Positions 23,101 to 38,100 of a DNA stretch of 64,000 nt are shown here, piece by piece. Source of the DNA: Sphaerodactylus townsendi. Its lineage: Eukaryota. Location of the stretch: contig NC_059425.1 of the NCBI RefSeq assembly GCF_021028975.2, positions 102,734,001 through 102,798,000 on the forward strand, written 5' to 3'. Position 1 is the first letter of the stretch, and every line of letters starts with the position of its first letter. The notes beneath the pieces are model-generated. The model did no database searches. It was given only the letters and a program-made list of their open reading frames with translations, and had not been told where the DNA came from. A program made the translations under genes and the position numbers.

Positions 23101-26100
23101 CCAAGCAAGTATTTTCAGTATGTGTTTTATTAATGGCTTATATATAAAATTAAGCTCATTTATTATTATTTTAGACAAAATATCCAGTATATTTCCTGGG
23201 AAACCTTTGGAAGTCTAGCATATTTATGCACTTTCAGAAAGCTCATTAGAGTAAGTGTTTTGAGAAATTAGTTTACATACCATTGAGTTTTACATAAGGG
23301 ACCTGGTTTTGAAACATTACTTTCAGGAATTGGGCTTGAAGAAGGTGATCTGAAATAACAACCTATCCAGAAGTTATATCGTCCTAATTATATACATTGA
23401 GAATATATATATATTTTGTTGGACATGTTCACAGCAGAAGATCAGGGTTTGTAAGAGGCTTCTACTGCATATGATAATAGTTTTGTTAATGAGACAAAAT
23501 CAGAGAACATGTTGTTAATTGTGTTTATTGAGAAATATCAATACAGTCTACTTAGCTGGATTATCTTGAGTTATTATCTGTAAAAATAAAGAGGAAGAGT
23601 TATTTAAGTGACTATATTAGTTAGGTGTTAATGCACCTTTATATATTTTGGTGCAACATGGCATTTACTTAAACTTCTAGGTGGGATCTGAAGATCTCTT
23701 AGAATTGGAGAAAATTGTTGCTTTGGAGTATAAACTGTGGTTCTGCCCCTCCCTAAACCCCTCCCTCCCTATATTTTTTAAACACTTTGGTTTCATGCAC
23801 ATAAATTATATTGGAATTTTGTGTGTTATTTTTTTCAGGCAATGGACCTCACCATGATCGATGCAGTGTTTATAATCCAAGCAACTTGGTTGATGGAGTT
23901 TACTGCCTTCCAATAGGGCACTGGATTGAAGTTTCTGGACATACTGATGAGATGAAACATACAACTGACTTTTATTTTAATATAGCTGGACATCAAGCTA
24001 TTCACTACTCCAGGTAAAAATACATACAGAATGAAGTACTAATTATTTTAGGATTTTTGGGGGGGCGGGGGGGGTATTTGAGGAAGAAGATAGAAGGGAA
24101 TTAACAGCATGATATATTGAGCATATTACTCAAAATAAGTTTACTTCCATAGAACTTACTCCCTAACTATTGTGCCTAGGATTGAAGGCATAGCTCTTCA
24201 TCTCTAGCTGGGCACATAAAGAACTTGTTCTGCACTTAGCTGATGGCACAATAAGCTTCCTTATGGTCACACACAGCTAGCAGCACCTTAGAGACATACT
24301 TTCACAACATGGCTGCAGTTATAAAGACCAGGAACTTACATTTTATATAATGTAAGGAGTTAACAGGTACACATCTGTATTTCTAGTGATCTTAGTCTCC
24401 TATAAGAGAGAAAGAAGGGATATAAATCCAAAACTCTTCTTAGAAGACAGTTTTTGAATGCTTATATGAAGAATTAAACAAATTTACTTACTAGACAGGT
24501 CAATAGTTAGGAATCTGTCAGTATGAAAATCTGCTCAGATAGTTTACTTATGAAACTCTATAAACCTCTGACATTATGTGGTTTGTTAATTTTAACAGTG
24601 AATGCTGTTTGCTTTATTTGAATATCAAACGGGAGTCCATGCTTTCTAGTATATAATACATATATTATGTCTGGTCAACAAGATTTTGAATGGCATTTTA
24701 TAAAACCTTTATAAAATGCAGTTCAATATGTTGACTGATATAGGTAATTACAAATGCCAGGTAAATGTAAAAAACAAATGAGATGAGATAAGGAACCTGC
24801 TATCAGACAGGAATGATCCAAGTCACAAGCTGTCAGTAGAAGTAGAACCCAGAGTCATATTCAGCAAGCTGGGCAGCCGTAAATATCAGATTGGAAGGCT
24901 GGTACAATGCCAGGAGGATATTACTCTTAGATGAGCCAAAGTTGTTTTTTTTATATAAATTAGGCCAAGAAGTTGTAATAATGCAGGTACAAAATGCTTC
25001 CTGGCATCTTTAGTAACTGAGGATGACTAACATAAAACAAACTAGGTGGAGCTGTGAGTTCACCATATGCCAAAACTTGCTCTTTAAATATTCTTCTCTG
25101 TAAAATTTGATTGAGTTGTAACTAATGCCTAGCAAAAGTTATATAATAAAGCAGAAGGAATATCATACTCCTTATTTTGCATGACAATTCTCATGTATGA
25201 AGGAGAAACCACTGGTGTATGTACAGTTGTGGATTTTGAAAGGAAGCAGAAAAGACAGATTTGCCACTTTGTATTAAGGAGCTAACACTTGGTAAAAGAG
25301 AAGACTCAAATTAAGATTTAATGAAATGTGACCTTTTTGATAGGCTTGGTTTATTTCAAGTCTGTGTAAAAGTCACAGCAATGTATATATATAACTTTCC
25401 CAGCTACATAACTTTATAATCCCAGTCTAGTTCTAATTACACAGAACAGCAAATTGGCCATTCCCATATGCCCTACTAGGCACAAGAAGCCAGGTTAAGG
25501 GGAACTGGATGAGCATTGTGGTGCAGGTGCATATTCTCACTTGCCATGTGAACAATACTTCTGCATGGAAATCTGTGTTGCTAAATCAGAGGTTTTGTGT
25601 TTCACACAAAAAATACTTTATCAAATGAAGAATAGAAACTAGTAATTATTTAAAATAGCAAAGGAATCAGTAGATGGTAGTCTGAACTCAGATGCAGCCA
25701 GTAGATAACTGTTGTGTGATTCACCAGATTCCACTTATGCTCTCAATCCAGTGTTGTGTAGTGGTTAAGAGCAGGTTCACTCTAATCTGGAGAACTGGGT
25801 TTGATTCCCCACTCTGCCCCTTGAGCTGTGGAGGCTTACCTGGTGAACCAGGTTAGTTTGTGCACTCCAACACATGCCAGCTAGGTGACCTTGGGCTAGT
25901 CACAGTTCTTTGGCGCTCTCTCAGCCCCACCTACCTCACAGGGTATTTGTTGTGAGGGGGAAGGGAAAGGAACTTGTAAGCCTCTTTGATTCTCCTTACA
26001 GAAAATATTTCCTCCTCCTCCTCCTCCTCCTCCTCCTCCTCCTCCTCCTCCTCCTCCTTCTTCTTCTTCTTCTTCTTCTTCTTCTTCTTCTTCTTTTTCA

Positions 26101-29100
26101 ATCCAATGTTTTCAGTTCCAAAGAATCAATGGCAGCATCCCTAAATAGTCTTGACAACATGGTCCTGATGTAGATCTGATTGCCAGACATTCATATGTGA
26201 ATGTGTGCAGTGGTATTTCAGTGCCTCAGACTTTGGAAATGGATGCTAAACTTGAATGGGAATGCCACCTTGGAGACTGTTATAAGTAGTTTTCAAGATT
26301 GCTTTATTTCTTACCTTATAAAGAGTCTTGTGCTCAAAAGACATTGGATTTTATCTCTTTGGAAAGTAGGTTATGTGAAACATTTTTATGGTAGAAGATT
26401 TTTGTGGTACAGCAGTTTCTACTTCAGTTTCTGGTGTGCCTCTTTGCTTTGCATCTACAAAATCCATGGAGTCAGATTATTTTGAAGGCTATTAATGTTC
26501 TCACTGATCGTTAATAAAATTAAAGTCAGCACTGAATCATACAACATGAACCTCTGGAAGAAAAACTGTCTTTTTGTTTGATTTGAATATGAAAAATGAA
26601 AAAAAAAACACTTTCAGCTGTTTAGAGAAAAATAACCTGTGTGCTAAGTGTCACCCTGGAGTGGTTTTTTTATTGCTGAATTACAGCATGAAATGTGGTG
26701 AGGAAATGGATGACTTTTAGCTGGAATTCAGTGAACTGTGCCATTTGAGCAGAAACTTAAAATGATGCCCTGTGGATAAATAATTAATTAAGAACAGAGC
26801 TATGGTACCTACTGGGATTTCTCATTTTGGAACTAAATTCTGAAGCTCTTTTTTTCTCTTTTTGGCTATAGGAGTTCAATAGCAATGGCATCAGTAACAA
26901 GGCACAAAAATAATGAGCTACAGAGCAAAAGGCATTGATTGTATTATACGTTTTAAAGAGACTCTGGATACAGGCTCTCATTTAAAACAGGGGTACAAGA
27001 CTTAGGTTGCTTTTAATGCATGCTAATGGGTATTTTCCTGGGCTTTTGAAAGCTGGTGGAAATTTTGCCATTGATTTCAGACTGAATAGTGCTGACCCTC
27101 CTAATGACTCAGGAAAGTTAAACATTCAGTATGTCATTTATCAATTAAATGACCCAAATAAGTAACTAACAATGCAGTCCTTTGTTGAGTCATCCCAGTC
27201 AAAGCATACTGAAGTCAAGGGTCTAGAGCAGGGGTAGGGAACCTGTGGCTCTCCAGATGTTCAGGAACTCTCCAGCATGGCCAATTGGCCATGCTGGTAG
27301 GGGCTGATGGGAATTGTAGTTCCTGAACATCTGGAGAGCCGCAGGTTCCCTACCCCTGCTCTAGAGTAACTTTGCATAGGATTGTGCTATAAATGACAAC
27401 AGTAGTATAGATTTATATAAAATAATGTGACCATAAATATTTATGTTATTAGGGTGTAGTCTCAAAACTACTTGTGGGTAATCTGAGCTTGATTCTATGG
27501 ACCTTAGAAGTTACATGGCAGTCAAGTTTTTGAATATTTTTAAAATCATCCATATGGACTTGTTCTGAAGTAAGGACACATAGGATTTATTTTATTTAGG
27601 AGAATTTCCTCCTAAGATCCCAAAGTGACTGATAACATATCACTGAAATAAATATGTGACAAAAATTCCCCCCATCCAAACAAAGATTGGGTTGGTTGTC
27701 ATCACTGCGTGGATTACTCAAAGCTCTATATTATTTTATTTAAGCGTCTGGGGATTTCTTTCAGTGTTTCAACACGGGTATCTTATGGTTAAGTATCTGA
27801 GGTGAGAATCCACCGCAGATACAAATAATGCTGCTCAACCAGCTGGAGTGACTGTTCTGCTTGCCACAGATGGAATAAAATTATCTTTGGCAATTCTTAT
27901 AGAATTTGGGAGTTCACTTTACAACCTGCTTATTATTGGAAAAGTAAGTTGGTGTGGCTGCTAAGAACATCTTCTTCCAGTTACATCTTTTTTATAAGTT
28001 ATATCCCTGCCCCCCATCTGCCCATTTGGGCTCTACAGAGACCTGTGATCCCTTTGCATCAGTGCCCAAATTGGTTCCAGCCTGCTGGCAGTGTGAGGTG
28101 CTGTGAGTAGCAAGAGTCTGTACATGCTACCAGCCAGATATTGCTGTGTCACAAGATTCTTTTGAGGCATCTTCATCATCCCAGTTTTGACGATCATCAT
28201 TGAGTTCTCCAGGCCAGTTGAGATCAACCTCTCAGTGCTGTGTCATTGGCAATTGGCAAGAATCCTGCTTGTCTTCTGGGTGCATCAGCTCTTGTGACTT
28301 GACCATTAGTCATCGCTACAGCAAGTCACCTGTTAAGTACTCAGACATTGTGCAGCTGGACCTGGAGTGGTTGAAAAGCATTGGTGCAGCTGTGCTCTCT
28401 ACTCAGTTGGAACTGGAAGTATCAACCAAGAGCCGTTCCATGCTGATCAATAGATGAGGATGTAGTCATTGTCACTGTAGATTCACCTCAGGGAGCTTCA
28501 GCGTTGGTGGAAACCTCAGCATCGATAGCTAAGGAACCAGCAAAGGAGAACCCAGCACAATGCCATGAGTTCTCCAAGTTGTGGGAATGCAGTTCAGCTG
28601 GGATCCTTGCTGCTTGTGGGGCCCAAAAAAGTACATAAGAACATAAGAACAAGCCAGCTGGATCAGACCAGAGTCCATCTAGTCCAGCTCTCTGCTACTT
28701 GCAGAGGCCCACCAGGTGCCTTTGGGAGCTCACATGCAGTATGTGAAAGCAATGGTACAAATTCCACACTTCTCCTTTATGGTCAAGGTCTTCATTGATA
28801 GAGGAGAGATATTGTTCTTCAAAATGGTATCATAAGGATTTGGGCAATTGATGTCAGTGCTGATCTGTTTCTTGGCACTGAGATGACCACTTGGCATCAT
28901 GGAGTCCCCATGCTTCTTCTTGGCATAATGGAGACAGTACAGCATTAAGGTCCCATCGATGCTTAACTTCTCTGTGCTGTGATTGATGCTGTGACCCAGG
29001 ACTTGAACGATAGACGCCAATTTAAGTGTGAGCGGCGTTGCTCTAATTCCTGCAATCCTTCTAACTGTCATTCAGACACCACTTGGGGAATTCGTCTTCT

Positions 29101-32100
29101 GATATTATGAGGGATGATGTTTCGGGATCATTCCCAGATGAAGACTTTGGACACCCTATGGGGGTATCCCCATCTGATCATCTAGTCCTGTATACTGAGT
29201 AGCTCATTTGCATGGGGAATCCTCTTCATTAGTCTGTTCTGGCTTCTGATGAGACCTCAAATGATCCTATTGAGGATGTATTACACCATTCTTCTAGCGA
29301 TCCTGTGGCATTGCCCATGGCGAAGGTTTTTCTGAACATTTTGGCTAAAAGTGGCCCTGTATGAACTCTCTTTGGCTCCTGCTGCCTCTACTTCTGAAAT
29401 TTCTAAAGCTTCTTTGGTGAGCTCTGCCTCAGAGAAATTTACCGCCCTCCCTTCCTATTAAGAACTGGGAGAAACATAATATGGTCTTGGGCTCTTCTTA
29501 AAAAAATTGGAAAACTTGTACAATGTACGTCTCTTTCATCCCCCCCCCCCCCCCCACTCAGTTCCAGGTAGATTGCTCCATTCAGGTTCAAGCACATTCC
29601 ACATGAGCACAAGCTGCCTCTGCTGCATTCCTAGCCAGAGTGGATTTTGGGGACATCTGCAAGGCTGCTACATGGGCTTCTGCTTCTACCTTGGTGAAGT
29701 ATTACACTATTGGCATGGCCTTCTGATGTGAAGCTGTCCTTGGGAAAGCAGTCCTGCAATCACCATTCTGTTGAAACAGTGAATAAAACATAAATTTGGT
29801 CATTCAGTTTCTCCGGAGTGCCAGATTTCACATCCCTCCATTCTCAGTAGTGCTTGCTTGCTGCTATCCCATGAGGGTCCTCACAGAAGACCACAAATAG
29901 GTAGAACAACATTCAACTTACCTGTAATTGTTGTTCATGGATTTGTCTTCTGTGCAGGCACACACATCCTCCCACCTTCCCTGCTGAAATATTTCATCTC
30001 TGGATGAATGTTGTGCCTCTGCAGTGACTCCAAGGTTAACTGCGGGGAGCATTCTCTCCATCTTCTATTCAGGTGACATTTGGGTGGGAAAAATTCCGTC
30101 TTCCTATCCAGTGGGAGAGGGAGAGAACACTTGGGAGAGCTTCTAGTAGGTTCTTTCAAAAGCTGATCAATCTTCTTTATGGCCGGCCTGTCCCTGTGAA
30201 GACCCATATGTGCCTGCATAGAAGGCCACTATATGAACAACATAAGTAAGTGCAAAGTTGTTCATACTCTCCATAGCTTTGCTTGCTATCGTGTCAGTCT
30301 CATCATTACCATTCTTTGTCTCAACACCATCCAACTCCACAATGTAATCCACCAAGTTGTTATTCACCAAGCCACTACTCTCTATACCAACAATGAATTC
30401 TGCCCATCCCACTCCAGGGACTGCTACTGCAGGTTTACTCTTAGAATGGACTACATCCCTAAGGCTGGACTATAGGCAAGAGTATCAAGAACCCCTGAAC
30501 CCCTAATTGGTTTTTACTACTATGCCACCCACTTTACAACCAGTGAAAAGTCAACCTCCAAGCATCCCTATCACCAGATCAAGGAACCCTAGATAGGCAT
30601 CTATTGTCATTGCTCCCACAAAGCAGAAGGCCCACTCACTACCATAATCAGCAGCAACCTTAACAGCAGTGCTTTGTTGAGCTACTTACCGTGTTTCCCC
30701 GAAAATAAGACAGTGTCTTATATTAATTTTTGCTCCCAAAGATGCGCTATGTCTTATTTTCAGGGATGTCTTATTTTTCTGTGTTCTGTTCGTCGGGCAT
30801 GCTTCCAAACAAAAACTTTGCTACGTCTTACTTCCGGGGGATGCCTTATATTTCGCACTTCAGCAAAATCTCTACTACGTCTTATTTTCAGGGGATGGCT
30901 TATATTCGGGGAAACAGGGTAGCACCTGTGATTGATGGGGAACCACAGATTTCATTAACAGCTTTCACGCTGTTTCTAGGAATGCTGAAACAGAATGAAC
31001 TCAGATATAGAACAACATTCTCTTTGATGGCTCTTTATCATTAATTCTGGACCACAAGACCAGTGAGCTCACAGTAGAATGTCTTCTCAAGCACCTCATA
31101 TGCAGTCGATTGATCATCATGCAAAGACGTTCAGATTCTGGTGGGCAACAAAATCTTCAGTTGAGATTATATTATGTCTTTGGCCTGTATATTGACCAGG
31201 ATTTATTTAAGCTTTTATATTTTAGCAGGTAAAGCTGCATGTAGTTTACCAGAAACCAAACTTAGAGTTTAGGTTTCTTATAAGTCCCTAGAACAACACT
31301 GTATTGTTTCTGAAGTAAACAGACATTACAGAATTATTACTATCTTTTCCCAAGAGACTTCTTGTTTTTACAGAATAAAAAAAATCCCAAGCAGTTGAAT
31401 TGCAGCAGTGTTTGTAGAAAGCACATTTAAGAGGCTCATTTTAAAAAAAAACTCCCATTCCCAACTTTAAAGGCATGCAGTGGGAGATTTATTGTGATAC
31501 TCAGGGGGGCAGATATATAACTCATATAACAGTTAAGAATATTTTTCAAATCCTCTGTGAACTATGATCAAAACTGAGCTCTGTCAGTTTGCCAACCTGC
31601 CTGAAATACGCATTTCATTTTCTTTTTTATTGGTAAAAAAAAAACAACTTGAACATTGAGAACTTGAAAACCAGGACGTGTCTCATTCCATATTCTTCCC
31701 CCAAAATATTTTAACAAGATTATATTTTAACAGATAAAAATGTGAAGAAGTTTGCATTTTCTCACATTAAAATTAAGCCCAAGAAAAGGGGCCATAATGA
31801 TACATATTTCATTACAATAAAGGTTAAATTAACCTTTACCACAAAAAGTTCAACATCAAGATGTGCTGCTACACATTAGTATAAAGCTATGCTGCAAAGT
31901 GCACTCCACTCAATAGGATAAATCAACAAAATGCAGCCTCAGTGCTCACCATAGATATGTAAAAAAGGATGTTCCGTAATCAGTTCCCCATAACAGGAAG
32001 GCCCTGATTCTTTGCCCATCCATCCTACTTCAGAAAGTGAAAGCACCTCTAGTGTCAGTATTTTGGTGTCATCTTTTGAGAATGGTGACAACTGCAAATG

Positions 32101-35100
32101 CACTCTTTTTTCTTTCAAGAATGTGGATTTCTGCTTTTCTCAGAATAAACTATAGCCCCTTCTCTTGTAAACATCCTTTGTATTCTGCTATGCATGCAAA
32201 AAGCAAAAAAAAATTTTTCCTTTTGGCCAAAATGCTCATGGGTAAAAGTATTAGCCTTAAACAATAATGTCTAAGTTTTAAAGCTATTCCCTTGTCAAAT
32301 AGGTGAACTGGTTTTCATCCAACTAGCAGTACCTTGGGCCCCTGCTGTAAGGTAAAAGGTAAAGTTTCCCCTTCAGTCGTATCCGACCCTGGGGTACCAC
32401 TGCAAGCAGTGATTTCATAGGCAATCCATTTTTGTGGGGTAGTTTGCCATTGATTTCCCTGGCTATTCTTTACCCCCTAGCTATGAGCTAGGTACTCGTT
32501 TACTGACCAAGGAATGGATGGATGGCTGAGTTGACCATGAGCCAGTTACCAGGATATCTGGCCCCTGCTGTAAAGATGCTCAAAGAAAAGGGTTAACATA
32601 ACAAAGCTGCTGTTAAAGATGTCAGGAAGACGGATGTTAGAATTCACACTCAAGCCCTTCTGAGTAACTTACAAGGACATCTTGTCACCCTGTTCATCAC
32701 CACTGGGCTATAATAATGCCAATGTTGCTTTTATCAGCACTTGAAAGATGAGAACCATATATTCTTTTGTCAAAACAGATTCAGGCTGGTGGTGGTGAGG
32801 CCTACAAAATACATCTATGCCAGTTATGGCTGGTGAAAAGCCAGTAGTGGCAATGTACAGGGCACTCCTGAAGGACATTATAAATCTATCCCTGAGTCCC
32901 AGGGTCTTTCTGGAGAGAGGAGGGGCTGAAGGAGACAGTGGACCCTTTGGATCCAAGCAACTACTGCCCAGCTTCTCATTTCTGGGAATGGTAGTTGAGA
33001 GAGTGGCAGCTGATCAGCTTCCTAGAGGATGCATCAGTGCTGGACACATTCCACTCTGACTTTCGTCCTGGCCACAGGATGGAAATGACTTTGGTTGCTT
33101 TCATAGATGATCTCTAGAGGCAACTATTGGAGACTGTCATGAGTCAGTTCCAGGAAAGTGGAGATGCATCAGAGAAAGATCTGGTTAGGAAGGTAGCAGC
33201 TCTGCCAGAAACCTGAACAGGAGAGGCTAAGGAGCAGGAGGAAGTTTTGACAGAAGCTTTTCAGCTTTGCAGGCTGTTCCTGTCACCCCATTGGGCGCCA
33301 GCTGAAGGAGGCCCTTAGTCCTCCAGACTCACCTGCAGAAACGATGCCAACAGTGTTCTCAGGAATGAATTGCAAATTAAAAGACACAGTGCCAGACTCA
33401 TGTAGAAACAATGCTTATTTGAAAGCAGTGAATCATCACAGGATGAGAGCTAGTCTGCCCAGTCAGCTACAAAATAATGCCAGATCAGCAGGCAAATTGT
33501 GGCTGCAACAGTGTGAATTCCCCATTGTCATGCTTGTACTTTTCTGACTGATCTTCATGAAATCCTGATCCTCAGACCAGACCTGTGAGATCTTGCTATT
33601 CAACTTGCCCCTGGTTGCATGATGACTGCTTTTGGAACACCTGACAAATGGACTGAAATAGACTTTCTGAATACAGTTCTCCATTTGTGTATGTCTGCTC
33701 CTTGGGCTCAACTCGAAGCACTGAAACCATCCTGGAGCTCTGCCCGAGCTTGTAGAAGGACAGAGGGTAGCATTAGGGGAGCGGAAGTGTGGGATCCCAC
33801 AGGGAACAGTCCTCTCCCTGATGACATTTAACATCTAAATGTGCCCTCTTGCCCTGCTGGTCCAGAAGTTTGGGCTGGGCTGTCACTAATATGCTGATGA
33901 CACTCAGCTGTATCTGTTAGTGAATAACCAGCCACGTGCCACCCCAGATATATTGGCCAGTTATCTGGAGGTCATGGTGGGATGGATGAAGCAGAGTCAG
34001 GAAATCAAATCCAGTGAAGATTTTGTTGCTGGTTCTTGTTGCTGGTTCAGGGAGGGGGAGGGGGAGAGTGCCAGCTTCCAGCCCTGGATGGAGTGCAACT
34101 GACACCTAAGGTCTCCATCAGGAGTCTGGGCATGATCCTGGATGTCTCCCTTTCTATGGAGGCCCAGGTCATGAATGTGTCTACATGAGTTTTGTTTCAC
34201 CTATGCCAGGTTAAACAATTAATACCCTACTTGTCCTGCCCTGAACTAGCTACAGTGATTCATACAACAGTCCTTTCCGGCTAGACTACTGTAAATTTGC
34301 TCCATGCTGGGCTGACTTTCAGTCTGCTCCAGAAACTCCATCTGGTGCAAAATTCAGCTGCCTGGGTCCTGATTGGATCACAGTGGAGAGCCCACATCTG
34401 TCCATGCTCTATCAGCTGCACTGGCTCCAGGTGTAGTACCGAATCAGGTTCAAGATTTTGGTTGTAACCTTCAAAGCCCTAAACAGTCTGGGACCTTCAT
34501 TTTTATGAGACCACCTCTCCCAATACACCATCCCCCAAAGAGCATCACAGTTGTCCAATAACAACTTATTTATGGTCCCTGTCTGTCCTCAACTAGAGCC
34601 AGAGCTTTTTAGGCTCTATCTCCTGTCTGGTGGAACACCCTGTCTAATGGGTCCAGGGACCTGTGGGACTTACCACACCAGGGCCAGTAAGTTGGGACTG
34701 TCCCTCTATGCCTACAGTTGAGGACAGGGTAGTGCTTATTGCATTTTAGCTGGCCTCCCTTTCTTTCCGTTGTTCTTTTTTTTCTGATTGATTGGATCCA
34801 AATGATTGTACTAAGATGACTAGCCCATTCCTTGCTAAAATTGTTCTTAGGCACCATGGTCATAGTGTATTTTATAGTATTTATAGTATTTTATATATGT
34901 GTATATTTATTGTACGCCTGTGTTCAAAACTGCTCTGAGACTGTGACAACAGGGACAGTGGAATAAAAATCAAATAAATACATACATTAAATATTTCCTG
35001 TGTCATACTTTTAGTTGGCATTTTTAAATACATTGTCTCTTTGAAGTCAGTAAACACAGAGTCTTCAAATACTTTTAAATTTTGATATATGTATACCAGT

Positions 35101-38100
35101 ATATCTTGATTATCTTTTGATTCTTGGTCTTTTATTTTCTTCTCTTAAATTGCCAAATTGAGAAGGAATCTTTATAGACTTCTCACATTGTGGATGACTA
35201 AACTGGACTTTTGCATGTTGCAAAGCACTGTTTTAAAATTATTGCATAGTGTTCAATATTTGCACTGTTCAGTGATCACAAAAACAGGTGTCTCGCTTTT
35301 GTTGCCAGGTAAGTTCCCATGTGAATATTTCAGATAAGTAGATTAAATTGCATCTAAGAAGAAAATTTGCCAGTGCTTAATTACTTTCCGTCATGGTGCC
35401 ACCAAGTAAAAAGAGGGGGAAATGAGCATGTATTGTAGCCTAATTAATTCCACTAATTTAAAAACCCTGCAGTAGAATTGTCTTATACTGTGTGGTTTCA
35501 GTAGTAAGAATACTGAATTCTATTCACCCTGAACTTGATCAAAATCATGAATAGCATTCATAGTTTTTTCAGGAGTGCTGTTTTTGTAACATATACGTTT
35601 TTCATTCATCAATCCCGTTCTTTTTGTTGCTGTTTTTGCATAAAGTTTGCATAAAATCTGCAGACTAAAATATAATTTGAAGTGAGCAGATCATTCTACT
35701 CGCAAGTATCTGCATTTTCCCTCATCAATTAGATAAGCATTACACCTCACGGTCTGCACAGATGTGTTGACCCAACCATTTTATTGCAAAAGGACCAACC
35801 AAATCCTTTTTTATCACCCTACAAGAAGCCCTGACATTGCACAGGACCCTTGGAGCAGGGATGCACTTCCCAGGGGGACATATGGGGTCAAATGTCCCTG
35901 GGCTGCAGCCATTTAGTCATGTTGGGGGCGGAAAATTGCTCCACACACCCCTCCTCCTTCCCCCTGGGTCCATACACTGACTTCAAGACCTGGTGCAAAA
36001 AAAGTTGTTTGGTGGGGGGAGGGTGGCCACCCATATGGAGGGGGGACTCAGATTTTGCACCGGGCTACATTTTCCCTAGATATGCCTCTGCCTTGCAGTG
36101 CATGATAGCATTCTCACTGAGCACCATACACTATAAAAATCAACTATGAATGTCAGGAAGGCAAAATTGCCTGTAAGTATTGAAATCAATGGACATAGGC
36201 ATGCCCAACTACAAGAGACCTGATCAGTTGTACTTACCATGTGAACATTTCTAAGACACCCTGGAAGCATGCTTGCCAAGTAAAATTCAAAGTGAGTTCA
36301 AGAGAGTGAATCAGAATGTTTTGTTGGCCATGCAGAAAAAGATCTGTAGTTCCTGAAAACTTAGGGCTAATTAAGTAGATAGTAAAGGAAGAATTCATTG
36401 CTGCTAAAAGTGCATTGGCTTTCATCTAAACAAAATCAGCAATGTAAACAAAGTTAATACTGGTGAATGGCTTTCTTGCCCATTTCTTCTGCAAAGCAGC
36501 TTAGTTTTGACAAGTATTTAGCCTTGACCATAGGTGTTGGCCAAATAGTGTCTCATTATAGATAAGCAAGTTAAATGCACCACTTAAAGTCTGCTTACAC
36601 AGAGCTGCTTTTACAAGCCGTCTGGATAGAGATGAGTTGCTCATGGGACTAGAAAGAATTTTATGAACCTGATAATTTTTTTAAGGCTTCAAAGTGGCAA
36701 TTGTAGAGTGTCACAACAGCAGTGATCTTTTACAGCTTTGGATCCACAATATCTCTGTGGGTAAGATGATGATTCAAATAAGTATTGATTAAATAAAAGA
36801 ATTTGTAGCTTCAGCTGTTTCCAAAGTGAACTGTCGAATTTAATTAAGAGTGGGCAAAGTTGGGAAGGGAATCATCCAAGCATTCATGCTTTGACATCAT
36901 TAAATGATTAAAAGGCTACGGACAGGCAAAAGTGAATTGTGAATTTGATTTAGCAGAATTTTGTGTTGGCGCCAGTTTCAGAATGTTACCAACTCCCCAA
37001 ACTCCAGTCATGATTGAGAAAAAAGGATGTCCCTTTCTCTACAAATTGTTCCACATCCAGTGTCATGGAGAGAGAAAGTATGCCTGATCCGATTTGGAAG
37101 AATTTGTTCTGAGGCACTTTCTTGAGAATGTCCTGTCATCAGTGGGAATCTTTTTGCAGAAATTCCTATGGGTATCCAAGACTGAACTGATACTGTTGAG
37201 AGCTGCCTTGCTATTCAGCCTTTCTGGCAAGCTCCTGTTTTCAACCAGTGGCCAAAAAGATGTTGATCACAACTGGTAGCCAATATTTTAGGGCTGAATG
37301 AGGTCCAGCAATAGTATTGTTCACTGCTCTCTATTTTCTTGACTTGCTATGATTTGATTTTGAATACCTTTAATGGCATATAGACTTGCTATGATATGTA
37401 CCCTGTTTCCCCAAAAATAAGACCTAGCCCGAAAATAAATCCTAGCATGATTTTTCGGGATTTTGGAGGATGCTTGAAATATAAACTGTAATCCAAAAAT
37501 AAACCCTAGTTACAGATTCCCCAACGCAGCTGATCTGGTCACGAGGGGGGCACAAAATCATGGAAAAAATAAGACATCCCCTGAAAATAAGCCCCAACAC
37601 ATCTTTTTGGGGAAACACGGTATGCTTTCATTTTGTACATCTCAATTTCCCTTTAGATTTGGAGCTAATTTAGAGTTGGATTCTACATTTGATAGATATA
37701 AGGAAAAAATGTATATGAGAGCTACCTGACTTAGAATGCAGGAGAGGAAAACAACAAAGGCAATTGCTTTTTTGAAGATGAAAGCACCTGTTAGGGTCAA
37801 AGCAAATGAGATACTGGAACTTAATAGCAGCCAGAGTGAGTTCAATTCAGTAGGAGAAACCATATATTGGTTAAGTTCTCTCTGCATTAAATAATTAAAC
37901 TCTGTGTCTTTGTAGCACCACTTGGTTGAAATTTATTAGATGATGCAAAGGTCTGATCATGGTTCTCCCAACATCTGGTCTGTTATGACCTTTAGTTCTC
38001 TTCCATTCTCCACTCCTGACAGGTTTTTATGTGCACCTGAGGCACTAATGTCATAGCAGCAGGGCCAGGTGGACCCTAACTAACTGGTCTGGAAAGGTTT

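Noticed and set aside
25750-25815. tRNA genes (also 45204-45275)
   Set aside because: A/B boxes are SINE heads; no full cloverleaf.
25910-26173. Poly-Leu membrane protein ORF
   Set aside because: Translation of the (CCT)n(CTT)n microsatellite.
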